Shown one piece after another: positions 1 through 8,168 of a DNA stretch of 64,000 nucleotides (within the stretch, counting starts at the first letter, position 1; every line of letters starts with the position of its first letter). The notes beneath the pieces were generated by a model. That model saw only the letters and a list, made by a program, of their open reading frames with translations. It searched no databases and was not told the origin of the DNA. Location of the stretch: positions 32,001 to 96,000 of the IMG/VR virus record IMGVR_UViG_3300045119_000180. One strand, written 5' to 3'. Both the position numbers and the translations under genes were made by a program. The stretch comes from a virus.

Positions 1-18
1 GGACAATAAAGGCTCGGG

Positions 19-165
19 TCAGTTGGGCCTTTCGTTTGGCTTTTCGACGTGAACTTCAAATTCGATCTCTTTGCCATCTCCGTCGACCAGAACGAACATT
101 TCTTTAAAATGCTCTAACGTCCACTCGTTGATCAGCTCGGACGGGTTTAAATCTTTTTTAGCCAT
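19..165 (-). CDS. small hypothetical protein (48 aa, MAKKDLNPSEL...)
   Basis: Hand-translated ORF, ATG at 165 to TGA at 19, co-oriented with the leftward operon. Confidence 0.5.
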   Translation of the reverse strand: MAKKDLNPSELINEWTLEHFKEMFVLVDGDGKEIEFEVHVEKPNERPN

Positions 166-302
166 AATTCAATGCTTTCAGCCAAAATGTCTTCAACGTT
201 GGTAAGTTGAAACCACGGCTCGTCGTGACAGTCTTGATATACCCTGTCGACTATTATTGCTGTCCAGATCATAACTCAGGTTAAACTGTTTCAAACCGTT
301 TG

Positions 303-488
303 TCAATCTTTCTTTTGGCCAAATGCCCATGCGGCGAATCCGCCGCTTAATGTCGTTATACAGCCTAAAATGATCTGAAGGCCATATGAGCTTTCTTCCA
401 TTACCTTGCCTAGCGCGATTATGCCGGCTAGGCAGCCAATGACCAGCAGGAGGCTAAAACCAAATACTGCTTTCCATTTGTCGGTCAT
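303..488 (-). CDS. small two-TM membrane protein (holin-like)
   Basis: 61 aa, two hydrophobic helices, basic C-terminus; ATGA overlap with the upstream HNH gene. Confidence 0.55.
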   Translation of the reverse strand: MTDKWKAVFGFSLLLVIGCLAGIIALGKVMEESSYGLQIILGCITTLSGGFAAWAFGQKKD

Positions 489-895
489 GTTCTACCACAA
501 CGTAATCTTTGTTTAGTCAAAACGGGCTTAAGCTCTAAAAACTCTTCGTAACCCCACCAAGCGCCTTTTTTAGTATTGCAAGTAGTACAACACGGAACGA
601 CGTTATTAGCGGTATGCTTTCCTCGGTTATCCTTTCTGTCCAAAGAATGACCATAAACAGGAAGTCGGCCGCCACAATAATGACACGGACTTCTTAGGAT
701 CGCATGGTAGTAATATCTGATATTCCACAAAGGATCCGTCTTTTCGATTTTATCCGCTTTTAAAATTTTAAAAAGTGCTTTGAAGCGCCGGTGAAGCGGA
801 CGACACTCAAGACAAAAAAGCGATCTGTGATTTCTAATAAAGCTAGTCGTACAAAGAGCACACACGCGCCACAACTTAAGATCAAACCAATTCAT
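485..895 (-). CDS. HNH endonuclease
   Basis: CHYCG...SLDRKDNRGKHTANNVVPCCTTCNTKKG motif; GGAGAG SD. Confidence 0.85.
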   Translation of the reverse strand: MNWFDLKLWRVCALCTTSFIRNHRSLFCLECRPLHRRFKALFKILKADKIEKTDPLWNIRYYYHAILRSPCHYCGGRLPVYGHSLDRKDNRGKHTANNVVPCCTTCNTKKGAWWGYEEFLELKPVLTKQRLRCGRT

Positions 896-898
896 TAG

Positions 899-943
899 AC
901 TCTCCGATTAAGAGTGGACCGCGGGACTGTAATCGGCAGTCCC
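899..943 (-). promoter_or_regulatory. putative kissing-loop RNA element over the RBS of the HNH gene
   Basis: mRNA reads GGGACUG-CCGAUUA-CAGUCCC ... ACUCU-UAAUCGG-AGAGU-cua-AUG: two hairpins with perfectly complementary 7-nt loops. Confidence 0.6.
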
Positions 944-990
944 GGATCCGGTGGGATGTAAAAACAGGGGCTACAGGCTGATTTGCCTTT

Positions 991-1024
991 TTTTAGCTCC
1001 TACTAGACGGCTAGACTACGGCAC
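991..1024 (-). promoter_or_regulatory. putative phage late/middle promoter, copy 1 (GTGCC-N4-TCYAGCCGTCTARTAG)
   Basis: Reverse complement GTGCCGTAGTCTAGCCGTCTAGTAGGAGCTAAAA matches copies at 9834 and 22315; heads the leftward operon. Confidence 0.6.
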
Positions 1025-1029
1025 CCAAA

Positions 1030-1750
1030 CGAAATTTCATTTTTGTTTGTTTTCAATGAGTTACAAAGAAAAGTGCCTGTAAGTTATTGATAACCCTAAA
1101 ATTTTTCTTCAAAAAGAATTTTTAAACCTTTTGTTTTCTATCTACTATACTCGCGCTATATAGTGGAAAACGCACTGCGATATTCAAATGGTTTAGCCCG
1201 GACGGGGTGGCGACACCTACTCCGCCAGGGTGCCAGGGGTCCAAAATAAAAATAATGTAAGTTATTGATTCTAAAAGGGCAAAACTAGACCTTGTTGATA
1301 ATAAAGGACTTAACTATACCGGGTAGAAATTGCCAGTTGGAAAAAAATTTCGCGCGCGAAGGTCTCCGGTGGCTTGGCTACTCCTGCCAGTGCCGGCCAG
1401 CATGCTTTTCAAATTTCCTATAAGCACAGCAGAATCAACAACATAATTCTCTATCTGCAGGGAGAGAACGCGCATCCAGGCAAATCAGGTCTCAAGGCCG
1501 TTCGAGCTGTCATCTCGATCATTCATTTTATTGCGTTTCATTGCGTTGGGTTGCACGATTTGTTTGTTTTCATAGAGTTAGCGCGATATTCAACTAGTTA
1601 TTGAATACCACAAATTCGTGACATATGATAAATAATAGATAATATATGAAAAATAATATATTTATTTCTCATTTTGAGAATATTATTTGTCGTGGCTATA
1701 CTAAGCGCAACGACTGATAGCCAAAACTTCCACGACTTAAACTGTCTCAG
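1030..1750. other. non-coding divergence region with IHF-like sites and a GC-rich core; candidate genome end / packaging site
   Basis: TAAGTTATTGATW at 1080 and 1258 (IHF consensus), near-matches at 1051, 1433, 1568, 1588; GC-rich patch ~1196-1242; lies between the late (left) and early (right) operons. Confidence 0.45.
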
Positions 1751-1767
1751 CAAACTGCGCTCGAAAC

Positions 1768-1938
1768 TCATAGAACCTCATCGATCAGCTGCACAGCTCG
1801 CATCGCTTTGTTCGGAATAGGAACGCCGTCATCACCATCTATTGAGTCTACATAGCCTTCAAGCAAGTTTCGGACTAATTCAAGCGTAGCTTTTAGCTCA
1901 TCGATTTCATTTTGGTACTGGCGTTCTATGCTAATCAT
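1768..1938 (-). CDS. hypothetical protein
   Basis: ORF track; GGAG SD before ATG at 1938. Confidence 0.5.
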   Translation of the reverse strand: MISIERQYQNEIDELKATLELVRNLLEGYVDSIDGDDGVPIPNKAMRAVQLIDEVL

Positions 1939-2031
1939 ACTTGTCTCCACCGATACGCTGTATTAGCTTCCATCACTCGTGCGATCATAGCGCCGAGCAG
2001 CAGCGTAAAGCTTACATTAAAGAGCACCGTA

Positions 2032-2145
2032 GTTCAAATACTGTTTACACGTACACTACAGACGGAGCACAAGAGATCAAAGTAGAGTTTTACGTGTCTG
2101 ATGAAGAGGAGAAGAATGCTGTGCGATTCTTGGAGTCGCGCAATT
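2032..2145 (+). repeat. 114-bp perfect direct repeat, copy 1 (internal segment of gene 2603-2848)
   Basis: Identical to 2637-2750. Confidence 0.95.
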
Positions 2146-2257
2146 GCAGTCGTGTGTATCGTGAATTACACCGTCTATTACAGCTGTTAGATGCTTGGAC
2201 ACTAGGAATGAAACTCGATGCGTGTACGGATATTGGACTAAATTAGAATAATTTTAG

Positions 2258-2286
2258 TTGACACCTATTTGAATATCATTTATTGT
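2258..2286 (+). promoter_or_regulatory. sigma70 early promoter
   Basis: TTGACA-17-TATTGT; TTGAATATC in spacer. Confidence 0.75.
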
Positions 2287-2305
2287 GGTCGCATTGGAGG
2301 TCTCT

Positions 2306-2536
2306 ATGACCAAAGCAGAATCAATAGCGGTTGGAAAGGCCCGAAGAATCAAATATCAAATCGAGGGACGTCGCAATGCGCCGAATCCTCTAGGCATCGA
2401 TGGCAAAGTAGAGCAAATCCGTTGGATTACGTGCCAGCAAGCTCAAGTTGAGCCGAGCGGATGGCTGAGCTATACGTTAGCAGATGGCACAGTAGGTCTC
2501 AAACGGCCGAGAACGTGGCGCGTAAAACCTGAGTAG
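2306..2536 (+). CDS. hypothetical early protein
   Basis: GGAGG SD before ATG 2306, downstream of promoter. Confidence 0.7.
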   Translation: MTKAESIAVGKARRIKYQIEGRRNAPNPLGIDGKVEQIRWITCQQAQVEPSGWLSYTLADGTVGLKRPRTWRVKPE

Positions 2537-2602
2537 TCCAATTGTCATTCTCAGGCCGTCTAATCAAACGTGGATGGCCTAGGAAGTACAAATGGAGGAA
2601 CA

Positions 2603-2848
2603 ATGCCTATCGATTACACAGCTAAACCTGATGACGGTTCAAATACTGTTTACACGTACACTACAGACGGAGCACAAGAGATCAAAGTAGAGTTTTACGT
2701 GTCTGATGAAGAGGAGAAGAATGCTGTGCGATTCTTGGAGTCGCGCAATTACAGGATATACAAACAGCATGGCGGACGAGCAGTAGTAAATGACGCCATA
2801 ACAACCAATAGCACGACCGTAACAGAGATTAGAAAAGCTTTAGAATAA
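2603..2848 (+). CDS. hypothetical early protein
   Basis: GGAGG SD before ATG 2603. Confidence 0.7.
   Translation: MPIDYTAKPDDGSNTVYTYTTDGAQEIKVEFYVSDEEEKNAVRFLESRNYRIYKQHGGRAVVNDAITTNSTTVTEIRKALE
2637..2750 (+). repeat. 114-bp perfect direct repeat, copy 2
   Basis: Identical to 2032-2145. Confidence 0.95.
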
Positions 2849-2853
2849 AACTC

Positions 2854-2882
2854 TTGACATCTTTATTGAATATCGGCATACT
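2854..2882 (+). promoter_or_regulatory. sigma70 early promoter
   Basis: TTGACA-17-CATACT; upstream GATTAGAAAAGCTTTAGAA shared with the 5018 promoter. Confidence 0.75.
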
Positions 2883-2901
2883 TGCATCAAGGAGAAAAAC
2901 A

Positions 2902-3105
2902 ATGTCACACGATTTAATGATGCAACTAGGGATGATCAATCAATCAAACGACAAAGCCAGCCAGACCGACAATGAATCAACCGCAGACGATCTCGTTACA
3001 GCTTATGCCTTCGAAGACTTAGAGAATGATGCTGAATTGATGCAAACCGTTGAATATAAAGTATTAATGTGCGATATTCCCACGAATCCGCTGTTTATCA
3101 ATTAA
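2902..3105 (+). CDS. hypothetical acidic early protein
   Basis: AAGGAG SD before ATG 2902. Confidence 0.7.
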   Translation: MSHDLMMQLGMINQSNDKASQTDNESTADDLVTAYAFEDLENDAELMQTVEYKVLMCDIPTNPLFIN

Positions 3106-3115
3106 GGAGAAGACA

Positions 3116-3358
3116 ATGAAAACGATGTCTATTCGACTGCAAGATGAAACAGGACAGATTTATAAATGGACAATTAAGCATATCCCGCGAGTAATCAATT
3201 GCACTATAGGTAGAAAAACCCGCGTGTTGACAGGCTGGGAATTCACGGATCACGACGGTTATGCGCGATTTGCTGAGGGTAATTGGCAAGATTTAGTTAG
3301 TATGTTCAAGAACACGGCCGAGAACTACGGTTTCAAGCTGATGTCGGAGCTATCTTAA
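3116..3358 (+). CDS. hypothetical protein
   Basis: AAGGAG SD; ORF track. Confidence 0.7.
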   Translation: MKTMSIRLQDETGQIYKWTIKHIPRVINCTIGRKTRVLTGWEFTDHDGYARFAEGNWQDLVSMFKNTAENYGFKLMSELS

Positions 3359-3597
3359 TGACACACCGCGCCCATACCGTATTGACTCTAGCGTTGCTGG
3401 TCCTGCTAGGAATGGCTGTTTATCGCATACAGCGGCTCCAGGACGAACGAAACGACCTAACAGCTGTACGCAACGCATTGATTGAGCTAAACCACGACAA
3501 ATCGGAGTATATTGATGCGGGATGCAATGGTGAATATCAGGGATCCGAAGAAACGACCGGACAGAACGATTTTGATGGGACGAAAGAATCGAGATAA
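3358..3597 (+). CDS. small membrane-anchored protein
   Basis: N-terminal hydrophobic helix; TAATG coupling. Confidence 0.6.
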   Translation: MTHRAHTVLTLALLVLLGMAVYRIQRLQDERNDLTAVRNALIELNHDKSEYIDAGCNGEYQGSEETTGQNDFDGTKESR

Positions 3598-3607
3598 GGA
3601 GATTCAA

Positions 3608-3769
3608 ATGACGCTCCGAGAGAAAGCTATAGAATATCTCAAGAATCGGTACGAAGAAGAAGCTTTTAAATATCCGTTAATGCGCAAAGATGTGACACTA
3701 AATGGCTACGTCCAAGCGAATCTGAAGTATGCCATGCGCAACATTCGCAATAAGGAGCGCAATGCGTAA
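3608..3769 (+). CDS. hypothetical protein
   Basis: AAGGAG SD before ATG 3608. Confidence 0.6.
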   Translation: MTLREKAIEYLKNRYEEEAFKYPLMRKDVTLNGYVQANLKYAMRNIRNKERNA

Positions 3770-3913
3770 CTCACCCTATCCCGTTAGTCTGGCCACTCTT
3801 CGTCGACTAGAGGCAATGCGGGCACACGCCGTACATTTGCCTCGTGCGATTGACCAAACGAAGGATGCGGAGTTTAGCTCTTTTATCGCCGTAGCTATTG
3901 CGGTGATTATGCT

Positions 3914-4290
3914 GGTCACAATGCTTTTTGCTTGTGCCAAATGGTGACACTATTTTCTAGGTCCCCAATGAAGTCACCAACGCGGGGACCGGTGACTTTC
4001 GACGTCTGGGAAAGACGAGGTCACAATAGGCCAAAATAACGAAAGTCCATTGGTACTCAAATTGGTCTCACATAGAGCAAATAGTAAAATGGTGACAGAA
4101 TTAAATCCTTTATAATGAGTATACAAGTGATATTCAATGGAAAATGCAAGTTACTTTTAAGAAGTATAGATTCTTGGTTTGATTATTTGATCCCATTCTA
4201 AAAACATGTGCTCTCAGTAGTGGGAAGTCCTCGGTCCATTTGCTGGTGACTTTGCTGGAGACCAAATAATGCTTGACAAAGTCTCACAAA
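3914..4290. repeat. cluster of GGTGAC/GTCAC(C/A)/GGAGAC/GTCTC repeats with an AT-rich stretch; candidate replication origin
   Basis: About 10 short direct and inverted repeats in a largely non-coding ~350-bp region; AT-rich 4095-4205. Confidence 0.45.
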
Positions 4291-4301
4291 TATGCTACAA
4301 T
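4273..4301 (+). promoter_or_regulatory. sigma70 promoter (extended -10)
   Basis: TTGACA-17-TACAAT with TG. Confidence 0.8.
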
Positions 4302-4323
4302 GGGACTAGGAGGCTAAAATTAA

Positions 4324-4755
4324 ATGAGCCTATATGATATTCGAGATGATATGAGAGTTATTAATCCACGCCCAGTTTGCAAAGCTAACAAACATTCGAT
4401 GTTAGACGCGACTAACGTTTGGGTTAAAAAGAGCACTGGTCAAAGGTATTGCAAGGCCTGCCGCAAGGATAAGCGCCAAAAGGACTATCAAGCGGAAAAA
4501 CAGGTCAACCAGGGCTTCTTTGCATTTGGTACGCTTTGGAACTTCGATCAAATTAGACTAGCTACGCTTCCCCAGATCCGTACGCAAAAGGAGACAATAG
4601 AGAAGAAAGTAGGCAAGCTGGCTGAGAGTCTATCAGAGCACCAAGAGCAGCTGAGACTAGTCACAGCCGCATGGCAAGCCCATATAGACAAGATATATGA
4701 TGATGTTAAGCCTATCCGTCCAATTACGGATGATGATGACGGAGGAAACCTATGA
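4324..4755 (+). CDS. Zn-finger/coiled-coil protein
   Basis: C..NKH...RYCKAC motif, coiled-coil C-terminal half; AGGAGG SD. Confidence 0.6.
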   Translation: MSLYDIRDDMRVINPRPVCKANKHSMLDATNVWVKKSTGQRYCKACRKDKRQKDYQAEKQVNQGFFAFGTLWNFDQIRLATLPQIRTQKETIEKKVGKLAESLSEHQEQLRLVTAAWQAHIDKIYDDVKPIRPITDDDDGGNL

Positions 4756-4991
4756 TAGACACGAAGCCTCTAAAAAAGATGCTATTGGCATCATTGAACG
4801 AACTAAAGGAATTGACAGATCCCGCTGGCAGTACGTTGGCCGAGCGGGAAGAAGATAGGCAAACTGTTATGGAGACCGGACAGTATTTGTACCTATCTGG
4901 CGCGAAGGAAGAAGAGATAACAACAGACAAGAATAGCTTGTTCCATGCTTGGCTAATGGAAGGATTCAGGCAACGAAAGCAAGCGAATTAG
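4752..4991 (+). CDS. hypothetical protein
   Basis: GGAGG SD; ATGA overlap. Confidence 0.65.
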   Translation: MIDTKPLKKMLLASLNELKELTDPAGSTLAEREEDRQTVMETGQYLYLSGAKEEEITTDKNSLFHAWLMEGFRQRKQAN

Positions 4992-5017
4992 ATTAGAAAA
5001 GCTTTAGAAAATAACAC

Positions 5018-5046
5018 TTGACAATCTATTTGAATATCGCTATCGT
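5018..5046 (+). promoter_or_regulatory. sigma70 early promoter
   Basis: TTGACA-17-TATCGT; TTGAATATC in spacer. Confidence 0.75.
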
Positions 5047-5065
5047 AATACCAGAAAGAGAGTAG

Positions 5066-5088
5066 TTTGGGCTAAAATCATACTTCGC
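5066..5088 (+). repeat. conserved 23-bp start-associated motif TTTGGGCTAAAATCATACTTCGC, copy 1
   Basis: Exact copy at 5485-5507; variants at 6172-6191 and 7766-7787. Confidence 0.85.
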
Positions 5089-5100
5089 TAAGGAGGACGT

Positions 5101-5484
5101 ATGCACGCGATTAAAGAACTAGACGAATTTACCAAGCAATACCTCAATACGGCATTATGGTCAACGAACGACAATACAACGGAAAGCGGCGGCTATCCGT
5201 TAGACGATAACTATTCAATCGAGGACTGCGCACCCGAAACGATTGAACGCGCCATTGCGGATTGCACAGCCTTTCAAACCGCTAACGCCAAGCTGATAGC
5301 CCAGTCCGGCCGGAGTGATACAGACGTAGCACACGACTTTTGGCTAACGCGTAATCATCATGGCGCCGGCTTTTGGGATGGCGACTACCCTGCGCCTATT
5401 GGTAAGGCGCTAACGGCAGCTGCGCATATTTGGGGTGAGATTGATCTATACGTAAGTGACGACGGTAAACTGTATTTCTCGTAA
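5101..5484 (+). CDS. conserved phage hypothetical protein (HDFWLTRNHHGAGFWD family)
   Basis: Motif recognisable from phage early genes; AAGGAGG SD. Confidence 0.75.
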   Translation: MHAIKELDEFTKQYLNTALWSTNDNTTESGGYPLDDNYSIEDCAPETIERAIADCTAFQTANAKLIAQSGRSDTDVAHDFWLTRNHHGAGFWDGDYPAPIGKALTAAAHIWGEIDLYVSDDGKLYFS

Positions 5485-5507
5485 TTTGGGCTAAAATCAT
5501 ACTTCGC
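5485..5507 (+). repeat. 23-bp start-associated motif, copy 2
   Basis: Identical to 5066-5088. Confidence 0.85.
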
Positions 5508-5524
5508 ATGAAAGGAAACGAAAA

Positions 5525-5803
5525 ATGGTAACTTTTACAAAAGCACCTTGGACACTTGAGGAACATGAAGACGAACCGTGTAAATTAATTGGCAACGGTA
5601 CTATTCACATTGCGGACATCTATGCAACGGACTTTCCAGCTGGCGCTGCGGATGCTCGATTAATCCAGGCCGCGCCTTTGATGTACGAAACGTTGCAGGC
5701 ACTTGCGCACCAATTGACGGTAGGAGAGGCTAGCCAAGGAAGTCTTAGAGACATTAACTGGTGCGCTAAACAAGCTCGCGCTGTTCTAGAAGTATTAAAA
5801 TGA
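5525..5803 (+). CDS. conserved phage hypothetical protein (T.gPW / ADARLIxAAP motif)
   Basis: FTKAPW and ADARLIQAAPLM motifs typical of phage early proteins. Confidence 0.75.
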   Translation: MVTFTKAPWTLEEHEDEPCKLIGNGTIHIADIYATDFPAGAADARLIQAAPLMYETLQALAHQLTVGEASQGSLRDINWCAKQARAVLEVLK

Positions 5804-6212
5804 ACACCATATCCAATCTAGTAGTCCTGCAATCCGAACTAAAGAATATCTGTATTGACAATTACGCCGACTGGACGCATTATAAACAAATCGAAGACGA
5901 AACGAAAATACAGGCTGATAAGGCTTTCGAACGAATATTGTATTACGCCAAAAGGGCTGTATGACAAAATACCTCTATTGCCGTTATTGCTCAAAAAATC
6001 GGCTTTTCGAATTGGTTGACGCAATTCGTAATAGGTGGCGTTGCGGTAAATGTGATAAAACAAGGAGGGCATTATGATCGTATTATCTGTATTGATTGGT
6101 TGGGTTATTCTGTCCGTGCCGGCAGGTCTTATTGCGGGCCGGATATTACACTTCAATTTGGAGGAATAGTCGGGCTAAATTCGTACTTCGCCTTCGGGCA
6201 GAAAGGTTTTTT

Positions 6213-6407
6213 ATGGCTTGGCAAATTGATAAATCTCATCCTGCTTACCTTAGAGAAGTGATTCAAGAATTGCAAAAAGCCGTTGGAAGTTTTATCTATA
6301 TAGGCAACAATCTTCATATGTCTCATACTGATTTCTTTAAGGATCTCTATAACGTTGCATTATTGGATGCAAAGGTGGCTTATGATAAAGCACAAGAGCT
6401 TCGTTAG
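6213..6407 (+). CDS. hypothetical protein
   Basis: GAAAGG SD after motif copy 3. Confidence 0.55.
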   Translation: MAWQIDKSHPAYLREVIQELQKAVGSFIYIGNNLHMSHTDFFKDLYNVALLDAKVAYDKAQELR

Positions 6408-6485
6408 AGTGCCGGCATGGCTCGCCTTTCTAGGCGCATTAACGGCTGGAATGGCTGTTGTATGGACGATAGGAAAGGTAATAAA

Positions 6486-6869
6486 ATGACAGACCTCGAT
6501 AGCGAGATTAAAAGACTTTTCGTTACAGAGGGTTTGATTGCAGCTATTAGACTTCATCGGTCTCAAACTGGCTTGTATCTTAAAGAGTCAAAGGCTTACG
6601 TTGAAAAGCTTTGCGTTGGTTTAAATATAGGTCATATTAGACGGCCGTGGGGTAAACAACCTGTAAATAGCAAAGAGTTGATTTTCGAGGCCTTTGATAT
6701 GGCCGAACGCATCCGTTTGCTTACAGAGCGAAACGAACGGCTTATAGGTGCAATCCAGGCGTTATTGGACGATTATCGTACAGAAGGTTGCGCCAATCCT
6801 AAATGCCGGCAGTGCCAACGCAGCAAGATAGCACTGGCTGTAGCTAAAGCCGTCCTCGAGGAGGTATAA
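6486..6869 (+). CDS. protein with ribosomal bL12 C-terminal-like motif
   Basis: LIAAIRLHRSQTGLYLKESKAYVE resembles bL12 KIxAIKxxRxxTGLGLKEAKxxVE. Confidence 0.6.
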   Translation: MTDLDSEIKRLFVTEGLIAAIRLHRSQTGLYLKESKAYVEKLCVGLNIGHIRRPWGKQPVNSKELIFEAFDMAERIRLLTERNERLIGAIQALLDDYRTEGCANPKCRQCQRSKIALAVAKAVLEEV

Positions 6870-7462
6870 TGGACGGCCTGTTCCTGTTCTTTTGTATCGT
6901 TTTGTTTGTTGCAATTGTTGTTGAGCCGCTGTTAAACTGGCTGGAGAAACTATAATGCTAAAACTATCAGCTTGGCTTTACAGGATAGGCTGGCGAATTC
7001 TAACGTGGTCAATAAAACTCAAGGTGAAATATGAATAACGAAGACACGGTACGTGCAATCAATCAAGAAATTACTATCGACCTGCTAGAAGATCAAAAAC
7101 TGCTCAATGAGTTGATTAACGAACTACAGGCCGTTCTGGCCGGAAAGCTAGGCAAGAAATGAGAGCGCTACCTTGGATAGTTTTTGGTCTGGCGATTCTT
7201 CATGTGTTTCACAGAGCAAAAATTGATAGATTTAATAGGTGCGACCATTGTGACGGTTGTGGTTGCGCTGGCTGCGGTCCTGACGGCCGGTGTAGCCTTT
7301 GTAATTCGAGAGGTAAGAAATGAACTTCTACGCTTACGTTGCATATTTTATAGTGCTTTTTGGTTTTTGTGCTTTGTTAGGTATAGAACGGCAGTTAGGT
7401 TCCATAGCTAAAAGCTTGCGTGAAATTGCACGAAACAACTGGCGCGACGAAAAAGGCGGAAA

Positions 7463-7669
7463 ATGAGATTCAAATCTTTATCTTATGAAAACAAGCGGCC
7501 TGTTATTACTGTAGAATATAGATCTTGGTTCTGGTGGAAAGAACGCCAATATATGGCTGTTTCTAATATCGTTGGCAGGTATTATAGGTGGGTAGAGTGG
7601 CCGTCGGGTCTTCATACTCCTGATGCTGTGTCTTTTCAATTGGACACTTGGCTAGAGATGAATAAATGA
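7463..7669 (+). CDS. hypothetical protein
   Basis: ORF track; coupled to the next gene. Confidence 0.55.
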   Translation: MRFKSLSYENKRPVITVEYRSWFWWKERQYMAVSNIVGRYYRWVEWPSGLHTPDAVSFQLDTWLEMNK

Positions 7670-7881
7670 AATTCTCAGAGATACAACGCCGATTGACAAC
7701 AAAGGAGTTTCAAAAAGGCATGTTATGTCCGGTCTGTTTTAAACCGTTCAGCCGCCGTGAAATTATTGGGCGAAAACTATACTTCGCCGCGTTAGTATTA
7801 ATATCAATTATGTTGACATTATTCGCCGGCAGCTGTTATTATCATTGGGTGCTATCAGGAACAATTAATCCAAAACGATGA
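7666..7881 (+). CDS. small membrane protein with CPVC motif
   Basis: CxxC plus C-terminal TM helix; ATGA overlaps. Confidence 0.55.
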   Translation: MKFSEIQRRLTTKEFQKGMLCPVCFKPFSRREIIGRKLYFAALVLISIMLTLFAGSCYYHWVLSGTINPKR

Positions 7882-8078
7882 AACGCTCTTTAAAGACAAC
7901 ATCGCGGTTAGATCAACTCGACCGTGAGATCCTAGACCTGACGACAAAGCAGCTTGGTTGCCCGTTTAAAGACTTCGAACCGCTTCATTTAGAGATTATG
8001 GCTAAACAGCTAGAAAGGCGAAATCTTGCTAAAACTGATCGAACGGCTGTTCCCGCCGAAGATCCAGCAATTGCATAA
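7878..8078 (+). CDS. hypothetical protein
   Basis: ATGA overlap. Confidence 0.55.
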   Translation: MKRSLKTTSRLDQLDREILDLTTKQLGCPFKDFEPLHLEIMAKQLERRNLAKTDRTAVPAEDPAIA

Positions 8079-8124
8079 AGACGATATTAAAATGGTTATA
8101 GACTATCATGAACGAAAAGAACGG

Positions 8125-8154
8125 TTGACAAAAATGCCAGACTGGATTTATAGT
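8125..8154 (+). promoter_or_regulatory. sigma70 promoter
   Basis: TTGACA-18-TATAGT. Confidence 0.6.
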
Positions 8155-8168
8155 AAGGCGAGATTAAC

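Noticed and set aside
2161-2205. Fourth copy of the late promoter motif
   Set aside because: Only partial similarity (TAGTGTCC...TAATAGA) with altered spacing and no CCGTCTA core on that strand
1941-2246. 101-aa plus-strand ORF as a real gene
   Set aside because: No SD, lies upstream of the first early promoter, and its similarity to the 2603 gene comes only from the pasted repeat
2032-2750. DGR template/variable repeat pair
   Set aside because: The copies are identical over 114 bp with no adenine-specific substitution pattern, and there is no reverse transcriptase in the window
5066-7787. CRISPR array from the 23-bp repeats
   Set aside because: Spacing is 400-1600 bp with whole genes between; no regular spacers or cas operon
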